A model generated the notes under the pieces. The model was not told the origin of the DNA. It did not search any database and saw only the letters and a list, made by a program, of their open reading frames with translations. A stretch of 64,000 nt of DNA from Naegleria gruberi (Eukaryota), in NCBI GenBank assembly GCA_000004985.1, contig GG738906.1; one strand, written 5' to 3'. Made by a program: the position numbers and the translations under genes. Below, one piece after another: positions 10,204 through 21,242 of this stretch; position 1 is the first letter of the stretch; every line of letters starts with the position of its first letter.

Positions 10204-11748
10204 ATGAGGATGTGCTCTTCGGAAAGGATATTAGGACATTATGAAAAAGTGATAGTAGCAAACAGTAATAGTAATTCGAAAAAATCACAAAATACTGATT
10301 GTATGGAGAGTGATGAATCGGAACCGTCACAATCAACACAATCCAGCTTTCAAATTGATGAATATATTTGTCCTGATTGTGGAAAAGGATTTATCAATTC
10401 AGAGAATAATACAATTCAAGAATTTCTACATAGTAATATGATAGCTTGTGATATTTGTAATAGATATTATCATTTATATTGTTGCTCTGAAATTTATAAT
10501 GAAAAACAAACAGGAAACTTTTGTGTAATGGTGGAAAATATATTTTTAAATTCTTTAAATAATGTAAATAACAATGTAAATAATAATTTAGACTCGGAAT
10601 TGAAAAATATTGAAAACAAACTCAAATTAATTCCATTTTTTATTTGTAATCATTGTACAGAAACAAGACAATTAAATTCTATAACTAAATGTTTAAATTC
10701 AAGTTTAAATGAAAAAATTATATATTACCAAGATGATATACAAGATCCTTTCCTATTTTATGAAAGGTATGAAATTAATGAATGTAATGATGATTCTTAT
10801 TACATAATATGTAAAGTAAATAACGAAAATAATTTAAACAAATTTTCATATTCAAATTATTTAGCAACTAGGGAAGATTCACGTTTTTTACCTGTATCAA
10901 AAGTAACACTTCAAACAATTATTGAATATTCAATGGATTTATTAGAAGTTTCAATTGAAAATACATTTAATAGATTTAATTTATCTGAAAATCAATTTTT
11001 AAATAGACAATTTATTTTTAAAAATAATTATAATAATATTGGAATTAATTTAATTAAAAATACAATTGAAAATTCTAATATTAGACCTGAAATTGAAGTT
11101 TTTACATTACTTAAAATTAATAATACCAAAAATCAGTCTGAATGTATTGGTTACTTTACATGCTCATTCAATTTAACTTGTAATCAATCAAAGAAGAGAG
11201 AAATAGCAACATGTAATTCTATATTAAGACAATTATTCATAGCTGAAAAGTTTAGAAAGAAGGGACATGCACAGAAAATGATTAACTTTTTTTTCAATTT
11301 GTCAAATTTATTACAAAATATTTCACATTCCGAAAATTATAGATTTTTTTCAAAAAGTACTTGTGTAGAATATCCTAATTATTCAATGTGTTGCCTACTT
11401 TCAAAATTAAATAATATTTCTAAAATAACTATTCAATTTGATTGGGATGACATTTTGCAAATTAAAGCAAAAGCTAACCAAAAAAAGAGGAAAATAGAAA
11501 CAATTAATTCAGAATTAAATAATAGTTCAATTCCATCCAATAATATAGAAAAAAGAAAGTTCCAAATTCAAAATTTAATCAAAGATAGATTAAATAATTT
11601 ACATATCGAATATGAATCAAAAAAGCTAATGGTATTCATCTTTAGAGTAACAAATTCAAATTGGAGAGCTGAAGTTTTCATTCCATTAGGTATATTAGAT
11701 TTTGATATTATTGATGACAAGGAAATGAAAATTGAATTTGAATGGTAA
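10204..11748 (+). CDS. Asn-rich protein with an N-terminal C2H2/PHD-like zinc finger and a C-terminal GNAT-like acetyltransferase motif; possibly an ESCO/Eco1-type acetyltransferase (tentative).
   Basis: CPDCGKGF...(x16)...H zinc-finger-like spacing; RQLFIAEKFRKKGHAQKMINFF resembles the RIWV...RRKGIA acetyl-CoA-binding motif of Eco1/ESCO. First ATG at 10204. Confidence 0.45.
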   Translation: MRMCSSERILGHYEKVIVANSNSNSKKSQNTDCMESDESEPSQSTQSSFQIDEYICPDCGKGFINSENNTIQEFLHSNMIACDICNRYYHLYCCSEIYNEKQTGNFCVMVENIFLNSLNNVNNNVNNNLDSELKNIENKLKLIPFFICNHCTETRQLNSITKCLNSSLNEKIIYYQDDIQDPFLFYERYEINECNDDSYYIICKVNNENNLNKFSYSNYLATREDSRFLPVSKVTLQTIIEYSMDLLEVSIENTFNRFNLSENQFLNRQFIFKNNYNNIGINLIKNTIENSNIRPEIEVFTLLKINNTKNQSECIGYFTCSFNLTCNQSKKREIATCNSILRQLFIAEKFRKKGHAQKMINFFFNLSNLLQNISHSENYRFFSKSTCVEYPNYSMCCLLSKLNNISKITIQFDWDDILQIKAKANQKKRKIETINSELNNSSIPSNNIEKRKFQIQNLIKDRLNNLHIEYESKKLMVFIFRVTNSNWRAEVFIPLGILDFDIIDDKEMKIEFEW

Positions 11749-11804
11749 AAAGACCAAAGAGAGGAATTATTTAAATAATTTCAAAATAAAAAACCTAAAA
11801 AAAA

Positions 11805-12755
11805 ATGTCATCTAATCTCATCTTTAACGGGTTAATACTTCTTCTAATCATTTATTCACCTATTATTGTTGTTGGTAATAATAAAATTACTACCACAAAT
11901 GTTTTTCAAACATCTTCGGAACGGTATTTTGGTGGTTATTATCATTTATCATTTTCTTCAGATATTCCCATTTCTGTTGCAACCTCGGAATCAACTTCTA
12001 GTGATTTTACAATTATTAAAGAAAATATTACGAATTTATCAATAGATTTAAATATTGGAAAAACATCACAATCAGGAGATTTAATAATATTTTATAGTAG
12101 CAGTAATTTTAAATTATTACACTTTTCTATGGAAGAAAAATTTGAAGCTTTTACCAAGCTAGGTCCTTATAATATTCCATCAAGAGGTGTTCAACGTTTA
12201 TTTGCAAGTGATAAAATATCTATCACATCATATGATACTAAATTAGAGATTGCATCCAATAGATATCAACAAGTTAAAGTAGCATTTACATTCTTCGAAA
12301 AAGAGACACCAATATATACCTCCTATTCTATTTATTCATCATCACCAAAATATATTCCAATAGATTTCCATACAAGTATTGCTGTAAATGATAGTATTCC
12401 AATTTTTATTCATGTAATGTGTGATTCTGATACTGATTGTTTCATTTCAAATATTGTTATTACTCATGGATCAATTATTGGAATAATATTTGGTGTATTG
12501 ATTGGAATTGGATTAGTTGTAGTAATTGTTATTTTATTAAAAGTACCATCACTAATTAGAAGATTCAAGAATAGAAACTCTTCTAATAATAATCTACAAT
12601 TAATTCAAGATGAAAATTTACAAGTCCAACTCAAAGAAGAAATTTCACGAGAAAGAAGTGGAATAATTTCAAATGATGCTAATGATCAAAATACATTCCA
12701 AAGTACCACCTATAATCGTAGTCAGGATGATGAATCATTCTCATCTCACATTTAA
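11805..12755 (+). CDS. Type I membrane protein (signal peptide, Ser-rich ectodomain, one TM helix IIGIIFGVLIGIGLVVVIVILL); hypothetical.
   Basis: ORF of 316 aa with a hydrophobic N-terminus and a single C-proximal hydrophobic helix. Confidence 0.5.
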   Translation: MSSNLIFNGLILLLIIYSPIIVVGNNKITTTNVFQTSSERYFGGYYHLSFSSDIPISVATSESTSSDFTIIKENITNLSIDLNIGKTSQSGDLIIFYSSSNFKLLHFSMEEKFEAFTKLGPYNIPSRGVQRLFASDKISITSYDTKLEIASNRYQQVKVAFTFFEKETPIYTSYSIYSSSPKYIPIDFHTSIAVNDSIPIFIHVMCDSDTDCFISNIVITHGSIIGIIFGVLIGIGLVVVIVILLKVPSLIRRFKNRNSSNNNLQLIQDENLQVQLKEEISRERSGIISNDANDQNTFQSTTYNRSQDDESFSSHI

Positions 12756-12795
12756 TCTATATAAATTTGCAATAAACAATCTCACAATAATTTAT

Positions 12796-14121
12796 TTAAT
12801 TGAATTGATTATTATTTTCTAAAATAATGGAATCAAGTAACATGTCAAGCTCATCACGTGATTCTTCAACCGGATTACTTTCAAGAAATTCAAGTTCAAA
12901 TTGTTCTTGTTGAATATTCTTCTTCTTGTATTGAGGAGAGGAAGACTTTTTCTTTACCTCATTGGTAACAACTGCAAGCAAATTGTCACCATTATTATTA
13001 AGGGTATTTGGTGAATTGGAATTACTATTTTGTACACTACTCTCTGAAGATGAAACACCACTACTACTACTTGAAGAACTGCTGCTGTTAAAGAGGAAAG
13101 ACTTTCTCTGTCGTTTCTTATTAATAGTAGGTTTAAGTGTTTTATCTTCAAGCCAAATTGCTGTATCCTCTTCATTTGGAGACTGATCTGTTACTTTCTC
13201 AAAAACAATAGTGGGAGCTGACATGGCTCTATTAACAGTATTGGAACTATTCATTTCAATAGGTGAAATTGTGAATGAATTGGATCTGGTTACAAATGAC
13301 TTTCTAGAATTGAATTCATCAACAGGAATATTTTGATTGATGAATTGATTAGTATCCCCATAATCTTGTTCATGGTATTCTTCTTCCTCAGGGAGAAAAT
13401 ACGATTGATTATTGATTTGTTGATTGAATTCTTGAGGTATTGATTGATGTGATGAATTATGCATTAAGTCAATCAAGGAAGGATCTGAATTATTAGCATG
13501 TTGATATGATTGATTAAATGAAGAACCCATTAACATCATTAATTGAGCATTAGAATTGAGTAAATTAAAAGTCTCTGAATTTGTAATATATGGAGGAATA
13601 TGAGTAGGAGTAGTTGTAACACTTGTAGTATTGGTTCTTTTAGCATATCTACCTCTAACTCTATATTGATTATTTGTTGTTGAATTATTACTACTTTCTG
13701 TTAGTGGATTGGTTGATGTAGAATGTACAGCACCAATATACTGTTGTTGTTGGTTATTCTCATCCATCATATTAGCAAGATTCATTCCTGTTACTGCTTG
13801 ATTACTGTCAAATGCTTGATGATAATAGTAATTTGGAATACTCAAATCATGACTGAATTGATTAATTGGATCATTACTTGAATTATTTGGTTGCTGACCT
13901 GTTTTGAATATGAAAAAATTATTTTGAAAACGTTTGTTATACCTAAATTGCTTATTCACCTTCAATGATTTGTCTCCCTTATTTCTTGTTTTGAATTCTA
14001 CATCTTTTGTCATGTCAACAAAATTAAATTTTGAACTATCAGAGTTGAATTGATTTGAAGAGGTACTTCCAGGAGTGCTATTACCAGTACTATTAACATT
14101 AGAAGGAGGTGGTTGTGACAT
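12796..14121 (-). CDS. Low-complexity Asn/Ser/Gln-rich protein (441 aa); hypothetical.
   Basis: Long uninterrupted ORF with ATG at 14121; composition-biased; no recognisable domain. Confidence 0.45.
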   Translation of the reverse strand: MSQPPPSNVNSTGNSTPGSTSSNQFNSDSSKFNFVDMTKDVEFKTRNKGDKSLKVNKQFRYNKRFQNNFFIFKTGQQPNNSSNDPINQFSHDLSIPNYYYHQAFDSNQAVTGMNLANMMDENNQQQQYIGAVHSTSTNPLTESSNNSTTNNQYRVRGRYAKRTNTTSVTTTPTHIPPYITNSETFNLLNSNAQLMMLMGSSFNQSYQHANNSDPSLIDLMHNSSHQSIPQEFNQQINNQSYFLPEEEEYHEQDYGDTNQFINQNIPVDEFNSRKSFVTRSNSFTISPIEMNSSNTVNRAMSAPTIVFEKVTDQSPNEEDTAIWLEDKTLKPTINKKRQRKSFLFNSSSSSSSSSGVSSSESSVQNSNSNSPNTLNNNGDNLLAVVTNEVKKKSSSPQYKKKNIQQEQFELEFLESNPVEESRDELDMLLDSIILENNNQFN

Positions 14122-14501
14122 TTTTTTTAAATCTATTGTTACTAGAAAGTGAATTAAGGATTTTTGATATATTAAAGGAAAGACTGATACTGCACAATGT
14201 CCTTAAATGGCTATAAAAAGTGACGAGAAGATGAGAAATAAATGTTGGAATTTTGAACCTTTGAAACAGATCCATTAAAAAATGGTAATGATATTTTAGA
14301 GTAAACAGTACTATTAAAGAGTAGCAATTTTTAAATCAAATAACTTTTCCGGAAATGGATAGTTCCTAGAATATATTTTTTAGCATTTGTATTATTTCTT
14401 AAAAAGCACATAAAGTACGTTCTCATAAAATTCAAAATATTGTCGTTAAAATATTTCTTGGATTCAGTTTTAGATTGGTTGGATCAAAAAATTAAACAAG
14501 A

Positions 14502-14573
14502 GGGGCCAGCGGAGAATTGAACCCCGGACCTCGTGCACCCTAAGCACGCATCATACCACTAGACTACTGGCCC
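14502..14573 (-). tRNA. tRNA-Pro (anticodon AGG).
   Basis: Minus-strand sequence GGGCCAGTAGTCTAGTGGTATGATGCGTGCTTAGGGTGCACGAGGTCCGGGGTTCAATTCTCCGCTGGCCC closely matches eukaryotic tRNA-Pro(AGG) (anticodon loop CTTAGGGTG, T-loop GGTTCAATTCC, 7-bp acceptor stem). No intron. Confidence 0.9.
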
Positions 14574-14858
14574 TTTCACAGAGCCGATGGGAAAATTTGA
14601 ATCCCTATCAAGTATATACAGCAAATATTCCACAAAAGATGCGTCACGTAGCTTGTTAAGAGCAACGTTTGTTTGTGGCGTGATGGTTCATCTGATATTT
14701 TGGTCCAAATGTAATCCAAAACTTGTGTTGGAGCCTTTTAATCAGCTCAGAACAAGTTTGCTTGGAAGATAATATGTTTGAGATATTTTTTTTTCAATAA
14801 TTTTGATGAGTTGGCCATCAATAAGTCATCACACAATAATAATAATACAGTATTAAAT

Positions 14859-16080
14859 TTACTTGGATGAAAGACTTTCCTTCAAAATGATTGTCTTTAA
14901 ATTTTCCAATACTTTCCTAATATTATTGGTATCAATAGCACAAGTTACTTCGGTAAAAACATCAGCATCCTTGTTTTCACGGAGTGATTTGAATTTTTGT
15001 TCTATGAATTTGATGGCATCAGGAGCAGAATTCTTCTTACCACTATAATCTTTGAAGCAAGTCTCGGAAATATCAACCTTCTTGATCAATTCATTGAAGG
15101 AATCAACCTTGTTAAGGAAGAGCATCACTGGTTTATCATAAAAAACACTACAATTCACCAATTCTTCGAATAATAACATTGATTCATTCATTCTAATGGT
15201 ACTTGGATCTTCTTCCAATACTTGATTGTACTCAACTAGTGATACAACAAAAATCAAGGCTGTTACATTATCGAAAACGTGAATCCACTTCTTTCTCTGA
15301 TTTCTACAATAATTTTTTTGTTAACATTCATTACGAATATCATCATCATATGGCAGATTCATTAAATTAGTATTATTATTATTATTATTTGTATTATTAT
15401 TATCAAATTATTGTGTTCATAAATTATTATAAATTAATATTAAATACAAAAATAATTTCTTACCTTTGTCCACCTACATCAACTAAACGCATACCCAAAC
15501 CACCAAATTCAAATTTAGTTTCATGAACACCAGTAGTTCTCAATCTACAATGAAGAATATCATCAATAGTTGGTACATATTGACTAGAACCAATACGATC
15601 CAAATCATCTAAAAAGTAATTCAAGTTGTCAATAATTTGATAGGTAGAATGTCTTTGATGATAAGCTTGTTGGATCTTTTCATGTTTCCAAACGTATTGA
15701 ATAGATACCAATTTTGTAGAGTCAAAAGCGAGTGTATCAGCAGAAGATGATCGTTTTAAAATTGTTGCAATATGTTCATACAATGCAGAATCTTCCGTTG
15801 TTGTTGTTGTTGTTGTTGTTGTAGATCCTTGTTGTGTTATTGTTTGTGGAGAAATGAAATTCAATTGTTGTGCAGCATCAATAAGAGCTGCCATACCTAA
15901 AACTAAATTATTTTGAATGGTAATTTTGAAACTCATTAATTCTTCCTTGGAATAACCATTTTGATGAAGAATTTTAACTTGTTTAAATAATGTACTTTTA
16001 CCTGACTCTGAAATACCTAAGAGAAGAAGATTTACAGTATTATCAACAGCAAGTGTATTTTGATGGTGATGGTGAGACAT
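14859..16080 (-). CDS. Heterotrimeric G-protein alpha subunit, 2 exons: 16080-15464 and 15303-14859 (intron 15463-15304, 160 nt, GTAAGA...TAG).
   Basis: LLLLGISESGKSTLFKQVKILH (P-loop), DVGGQR|NQRKKWIHVFDNVTALIFVVSL, FLNKVD and TCAIDT motifs. Splice sites were read directly. The N-terminus (MSHHHHQNT...) is about 20 aa shorter than usual for G-alpha. Confidence 0.8.
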
Positions 16081-16252
16081 TTTTTTTGATGGCTGTCTGT
16101 CATGTGTTGATGTTTTTGGTGCTGATGGTTTATCTCTTTCTTCCTATGATGCTCTTTACTTTGAACTTCTTCACTCATTACCTTGTTGTAAATTTCAAAC
16201 TTTTTTTGTTATCTTTGTTTAAATAATAATATTAAAATTTATTTATTGGCAA

Positions 16253-18583
16253 TTACTGAATATCACAAGAAGAATTAGAATTTGTTTTGTAATTATTCAA
16301 AGAACTGAGTGGAAAAACAAGCTTTGGTGGCTGTTTTCCACTTGATCTAATAGATTTTCTAAAGTCTTCTAATTGAGCATTATCAAATGGTGACCAATCC
16401 AGAATTATTCTCTTCAAACTTGACATGGATAAAATTAATTTCTTAATTGCATAACTAATTTTGTCATTCTTCTGATAGGTTGATTTAATGTTGAGTCTGT
16501 CTGATAGGACAATATTCAATTTTTCCAAATTGTTTACATCATGGCATATCCTTTCTAATACATCAACTAAAATGTCTATAGATTCAATATTAATAGTCAA
16601 CACTTTTAAATTATTCAGCTTTCTAATGAATAGGAAATATTCATCCAATTTTGAGGGTTTCACTTCAAACCTAGGCAAACTAAAACTTGTTATTTTCGAA
16701 AGATTATAATCTGGTATCTGTGAAAGTAATTGTAAACCATCCATGGTAATAGGTCCAACACTACAAACTTCCACTTGAGTTAAATTTGGTGATGGAAGAA
16801 CTTTTTGAAATAATTCACACAAATAATGATCTCCAAGTTGAGCCTCTTTGAGCTTGAATTCCTTTAAAGAGTGTAATGGTATAGAAGATTCTGAAATAAA
16901 TTTGATGAGTGTTTCCGGTTCCGTTTGATACAAATCAGTTATCTCTAAAATTTCTAACAAAGGTGCTTTAAACCTTAAATTTTCCATTAAGAAATATACA
17001 GGATATACTGAACATAACCTAAATTCCTTCAATTTTGTAAAAGTTAATGATTTTGTACTTGTTACTATACTATTATAAAATTCACATCTAGACATTATCA
17101 AAGTGCTCAGTGTTTCTCTCGCACTGGAAAGTGCGTTTAACAAATCATCTATATAGAGATGAGAAGAGCCATCAATAATCAAGCTTTGAAGATTTTCAAA
17201 TTGCTTTCCATGACTATATGAAAAATTGGAATTGGTAATTTTGAAACAAGTATTCGTAAAAACCTTATCTATACCAACTTTTTTATCATCCTTAAATCTA
17301 GAACCAATAAATAATTTTGAATAACACAAATCAATCATTTCAAACGAAGTATCTTTCCAAATGTATAATGTATCTATTGAAATCTTAGAAAACAAACTCA
17401 AAGGAAATGAGGATGACAGCAAAGCTAAGTTCAATCTATCTACAGAGGGAACGAAAAACCTGGAACTTGCCTTACCAATTGGAAGAAAAATATACTGACA
17501 AACTTGCAAGTGATTGAAAAATAATTTAGAATGTGTTAATGTATCTTCAATAATATTAATTGATGGTGCTATAAGAGTAAGCTGTTGAATTTTTGTTGAA
17601 CTCACAGATTTCTCAACCTTTGAATCTATTTTCAGTTCTAAAGCAACTTCAGATATCAACTCTAAAACTTGTAAATCATATAATTCCCCTAAACATGAGA
17701 AAATAATGTAAAGAGTCTCCTTTGGTATTTCACTACTATTAAAATTAGTAAGACATAAGTGAGTGAGTTTTTTCATACTCATAATGGTTTGTAAGGAATC
17801 TTTGTAAAATACATTATTTTGAGATAGGCTTAATATTCTACAATTTGTTAGATGATGTAATGCACCTATAGGATTTCCAACAGATCCAGAAATGTGTAAA
17901 ACATGTAAATTATTAAGAGACTCAATGGAAAAGTATTTTTCCCAATTACTCCATTCAAATGAAATATCTTTTTCACCGAAAAAGTCCAAATAGATACTTC
18001 TCAATCCACATTCATCCACTAATCTATTAATAATATTATTAGATGGATTTTTCATAATTAAATTTGTTAGTTGTTTGAATCTTGTAAGGTTAAGAATAGA
18101 CATGAATACACGCTCTGATAAAATCTCGTTCATTCTACTCATTAAATAATTATTTGAAAATGAAAAACTAATTTTCCTATTATTATTTTGAAAATTTTCA
18201 GATGAGAGTAAACAACTTGATTTTAAACTACTATAGAAATCTCCATCATTTCCAAAAGCATAATAACCTTTACTTTTCATCTCTGAAAATATTCCATTAA
18301 ATATTTCTGAATTATATTTAAAACATGAAGAAAAACCATCCACATAATTACTCACAGAAGGAGCATAGTGAAAATGTGAAAGTAAATACTGAAAAGCCCA
18401 AATTCTAAAACTTCTATTAACACTCATAAAATCAACCAATTCACGATGATCAAGAAAGGATATAATAACAAAAAATAGTTCCGATGGAAGATCAGAAAAG
18501 CTCATCATGATATCATTTTCTTCAGAATTACAAGTAAAATGATGATCTTTTTCTAGATACGAAACTGGAGTGGTATTTTGCAT
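16253..18583 (-). CDS. F-box / leucine-rich-repeat protein (about 777 aa, single exon).
   Basis: N-terminal FSDLPSELFFVIISFLDHRELVDFMSVNRSFRIW fits the F-box consensus. The remainder is rich in L..L.L..N repeats. First ATG at 18583; the track ORF starts at a GTG. Confidence 0.65.
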   Translation of the reverse strand: MQNTTPVSYLEKDHHFTCNSEENDIMMSFSDLPSELFFVIISFLDHRELVDFMSVNRSFRIWAFQYLLSHFHYAPSVSNYVDGFSSCFKYNSEIFNGIFSEMKSKGYYAFGNDGDFYSSLKSSCLLSSENFQNNNRKISFSFSNNYLMSRMNEILSERVFMSILNLTRFKQLTNLIMKNPSNNIINRLVDECGLRSIYLDFFGEKDISFEWSNWEKYFSIESLNNLHVLHISGSVGNPIGALHHLTNCRILSLSQNNVFYKDSLQTIMSMKKLTHLCLTNFNSSEIPKETLYIIFSCLGELYDLQVLELISEVALELKIDSKVEKSVSSTKIQQLTLIAPSINIIEDTLTHSKLFFNHLQVCQYIFLPIGKASSRFFVPSVDRLNLALLSSSFPLSLFSKISIDTLYIWKDTSFEMIDLCYSKLFIGSRFKDDKKVGIDKVFTNTCFKITNSNFSYSHGKQFENLQSLIIDGSSHLYIDDLLNALSSARETLSTLIMSRCEFYNSIVTSTKSLTFTKLKEFRLCSVYPVYFLMENLRFKAPLLEILEITDLYQTEPETLIKFISESSIPLHSLKEFKLKEAQLGDHYLCELFQKVLPSPNLTQVEVCSVGPITMDGLQLLSQIPDYNLSKITSFSLPRFEVKPSKLDEYFLFIRKLNNLKVLTINIESIDILVDVLERICHDVNNLEKLNIVLSDRLNIKSTYQKNDKISYAIKKLILSMSSLKRIILDWSPFDNAQLEDFRKSIRSSGKQPPKLVFPLSSLNNYKTNSNSSCDIQ

Positions 18584-18741
18584 TTTGAAAAACACAATTT
18601 TTTTTAATAATTTAAAAGCCCTCTTTACAATATGAGTTTCAATTTGAAACCATTTCTGGCCTATATTTATTGAGAGATGAACTTTCGGGTAGAATCCCTC
18701 CTCAACACAATACCTGATCGGTTAAAAGCAACAAACAAAAA

Positions 18742-20461
18742 ATGTCTAGCATTGAATTACCAGTCTATGACTGGTTATTATTCAGAAATGATGAGTTTTT
18801 GAATCAGGGCAGTACTGTTGTTTCCACAAAATTATCTCATAATCAAACTTTTATTAGTAGAGGGGTTTGTTTTTCAAATTATCTATAGTTTTAGGTATTA
18901 ATTGCTTCTGTATTTTAAATAGGATCAACTTTATGCAAGATATGAATTTGCAGAATTAAATTATGATGTTGCTATTCCATTCTTTGTAATTTTGATATTG
19001 GCCGAGATTATTTCTCAATTTATTACTAAAAAACAATTGTACAGAATGAATGATAGTTTTTCAAGTTTGGCATGTGGTGTTACCCAACAATTGATTGGCA
19101 AATTACTCACCAATTATTTGTTTCGAACCATTCCTTATGCTTTTTTCTTTCATTTATTTCATGGTGGCAGTGAGAGAGCTCTTGTTTCTTCCTTCACTGA
19201 TATTGGAATGAGTTCTTGGTACTGGTGGATGGTTTTGATATTTTATGATCATCAATACTATTGGTCTCATAGATATGCTCATGAAGTAAGTGTGAATTAT
19301 CTTTTTTTCAAATCATAATTAATATTGTTCACAAAATAGTGGAATATCGGATGGGCAGGTCACAATGTACATCACTCATCGGAGGAATATAATTTAACTT
19401 CAGCCCTCAGACAAGGAGCTTATCAAGATTGTACAACTTTTTTATTTTACATTCCAATGGCAATAGCTGGAATTCATCCTTACTTTTTCTCAATTCACTC
19501 AAATATTAATTTGGTTGGTCAATTTTGGTTTCACACCAGAGCTATTAGAAAACTACCATCTCCATTAGAATGGATTTTGAACACTCCTTCTCATCATCGT
19601 GTACATCATGGTAGAAATGAATATTGTCTAGATAAGAATTATGGTGGTGTTCTCATAATTTTTGATAGAATTTATGGTACTTTTGAACCTGAACAAGAAA
19701 TGGAAACTGAAGACCCAATCAGAAAAGAAAAATCAAATGTTGTTTATGGTCTTACCACTCCACTAACTACATTTGATCCAATTCAAACACAAAATCATTT
19801 GATAGTATCAATCTTGCAAACCTGCATGGAAATATCATCCAAATCTACACATTCAGTGTTTAAAGGAAAATCTCAATTATTCATTTGGTGGAATAGATTA
19901 CAAGTTATTTTCAGAGGACCAGGTTGGAATTGTTTCACTCAAGGTATTTATTGAAATATTTAATTTATTAATACTTTCAAAGGTTGGTATGAATGTCCAA
20001 AAGTTTTAACACCTCCAAGTAAGAATCAAATGTACGATCCTCAAACTAATCCACCATTTGAGAAACATTTGGCAACTATACATTTTGCTATTACATTTGT
20101 ATTGTACTTGTTGCATATGGAGACAAACTTTGACAGTCTAATCAATCAATTATCCCAACTCTTATTCATTTACCTCTCACTTTCTAGTATTTCAAGCATT
20201 TATGAGGACAGTTCTTCAAAGAAACTACATGAACTGATTAGACTCTCTTTCTCAAATTTATTCTTACTCTTTAAATATTATGGTGATAATAATTGGATTG
20301 GTAGAATGTTACCAGGTTCTCAGACCACAATGTTTTTCAACCCAATTCTATTCAACACTAGTCTATCTGTAGGCACTGTACTCTTTTGTATTAACTCTAT
20401 TTCCTTAGTGTATTGGTGTATATTTTCAATCAAAATCTCAATCAAAAACAAACAAGAATAA
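18742..20461 (+). CDS. AGMO: Alkylglycerol monooxygenase-like / fatty-acid-hydroxylase-superfamily membrane enzyme, 4 exons: 18742-18864, 18923-19285, 19340-19943, 19983-20461 (introns of 58, 54 and 39 nt).
   Basis: The spliced product contains WSHRYAHE|WNIGWAGHNVHHSSEEYNLTSALRQ (histidine boxes HRxxHE...HxxHHSSE diagnostic of the AGMO/sterol-desaturase family) and HRVHHGRNEYCLDKNYGGVLIIFDRIYGTF. All junctions have GTAAGT/GT...AG and restore frame. Confidence 0.8.
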
Positions 20462-20463
20462 AA

Positions 20464-21081
20464 ATGCAGAAAGCAAACATGGATAATACTGACTCGGAAA
20501 GTACAAGTGGAAATTTTAACAATAATAACAATATTGGAGGAGTAACATCAGAGCAACAAAAGAAACAACAACAGGAAGTTAAATTTACCAATTCAAGGGA
20601 TTATTATAATTACAAGTATAGTGATACTCTTGCTCATGATAATCATTTATCGGGTGCAACTGCTATCAACTCTAAATATTCATCCAATCTTCCTCTCATA
20701 GTAAAATATTGTTCCAAAGAATGGAAAGCACTTCAACAAAAGAAGGGACAATTAGAAACAACAGCAGAGGAAAGACATCGAAATTGGTTTAATTTCATCA
20801 ATTGTATTGGTTCAAATTTTTGCTCTAACACCGAATACCCTCACTTTAAAGAATGTATGAAGGATTTTAGTGATAATACTACTAGTAGAAATGTACAAGG
20901 TATTTCATCCAATAATGATCCAATAATGGCTCATCAACAATTAGTATCAATTGAATCCCTCACCAAAAATACTCAAGATCATGCAAAACATTTAACTTCA
21001 AAAGAAAAGAGAATTGAATGTTTACAAATGATGAAAGCTTGTATTTCTAGAATATTTCCATCATCAATTACGCTTGATTAA
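20464..21081 (+). CDS. Hypothetical Asn/Gln-rich protein with scattered Cys pairs; the first ATG lies only 2 nt after the AGMO stop.
   Basis: ORF of 206 aa from ATG 20464 (second Met at 20479); no recognised domain. Confidence 0.4.
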   Translation: MQKANMDNTDSESTSGNFNNNNNIGGVTSEQQKKQQQEVKFTNSRDYYNYKYSDTLAHDNHLSGATAINSKYSSNLPLIVKYCSKEWKALQQKKGQLETTAEERHRNWFNFINCIGSNFCSNTEYPHFKECMKDFSDNTTSRNVQGISSNNDPIMAHQQLVSIESLTKNTQDHAKHLTSKEKRIECLQMMKACISRIFPSSITLD

Positions 21082-21242
21082 TCAAATTTATTTGGCTGAT
21101 AATGGTTGCAAAATATTTTAGAGATCTAAACCGAAAGATCAATTGATTTCATGCATATTGTAATATTTACAAGTTAAATACGTTAGAAAGAGTATTGCTA
21201 CAAAGAATTAGTAGAGAAATTAGAAAGAGGAAATGATAATAA

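Noticed and set aside
12954-13186. Antisense/overlapping ORFs 12954-13175 and 12962-13186 within the low-complexity gene
   Set aside because: Low-complexity repeats generate open frames on both strands; no independent evidence.
16081-16250. Candidate upstream coding exon for the G-alpha gene (MSEEVQSKEHH... frame)
   Set aside because: It is out of frame with the MSHHHH exon. No donor/acceptor pair restores frame, so it was not called.
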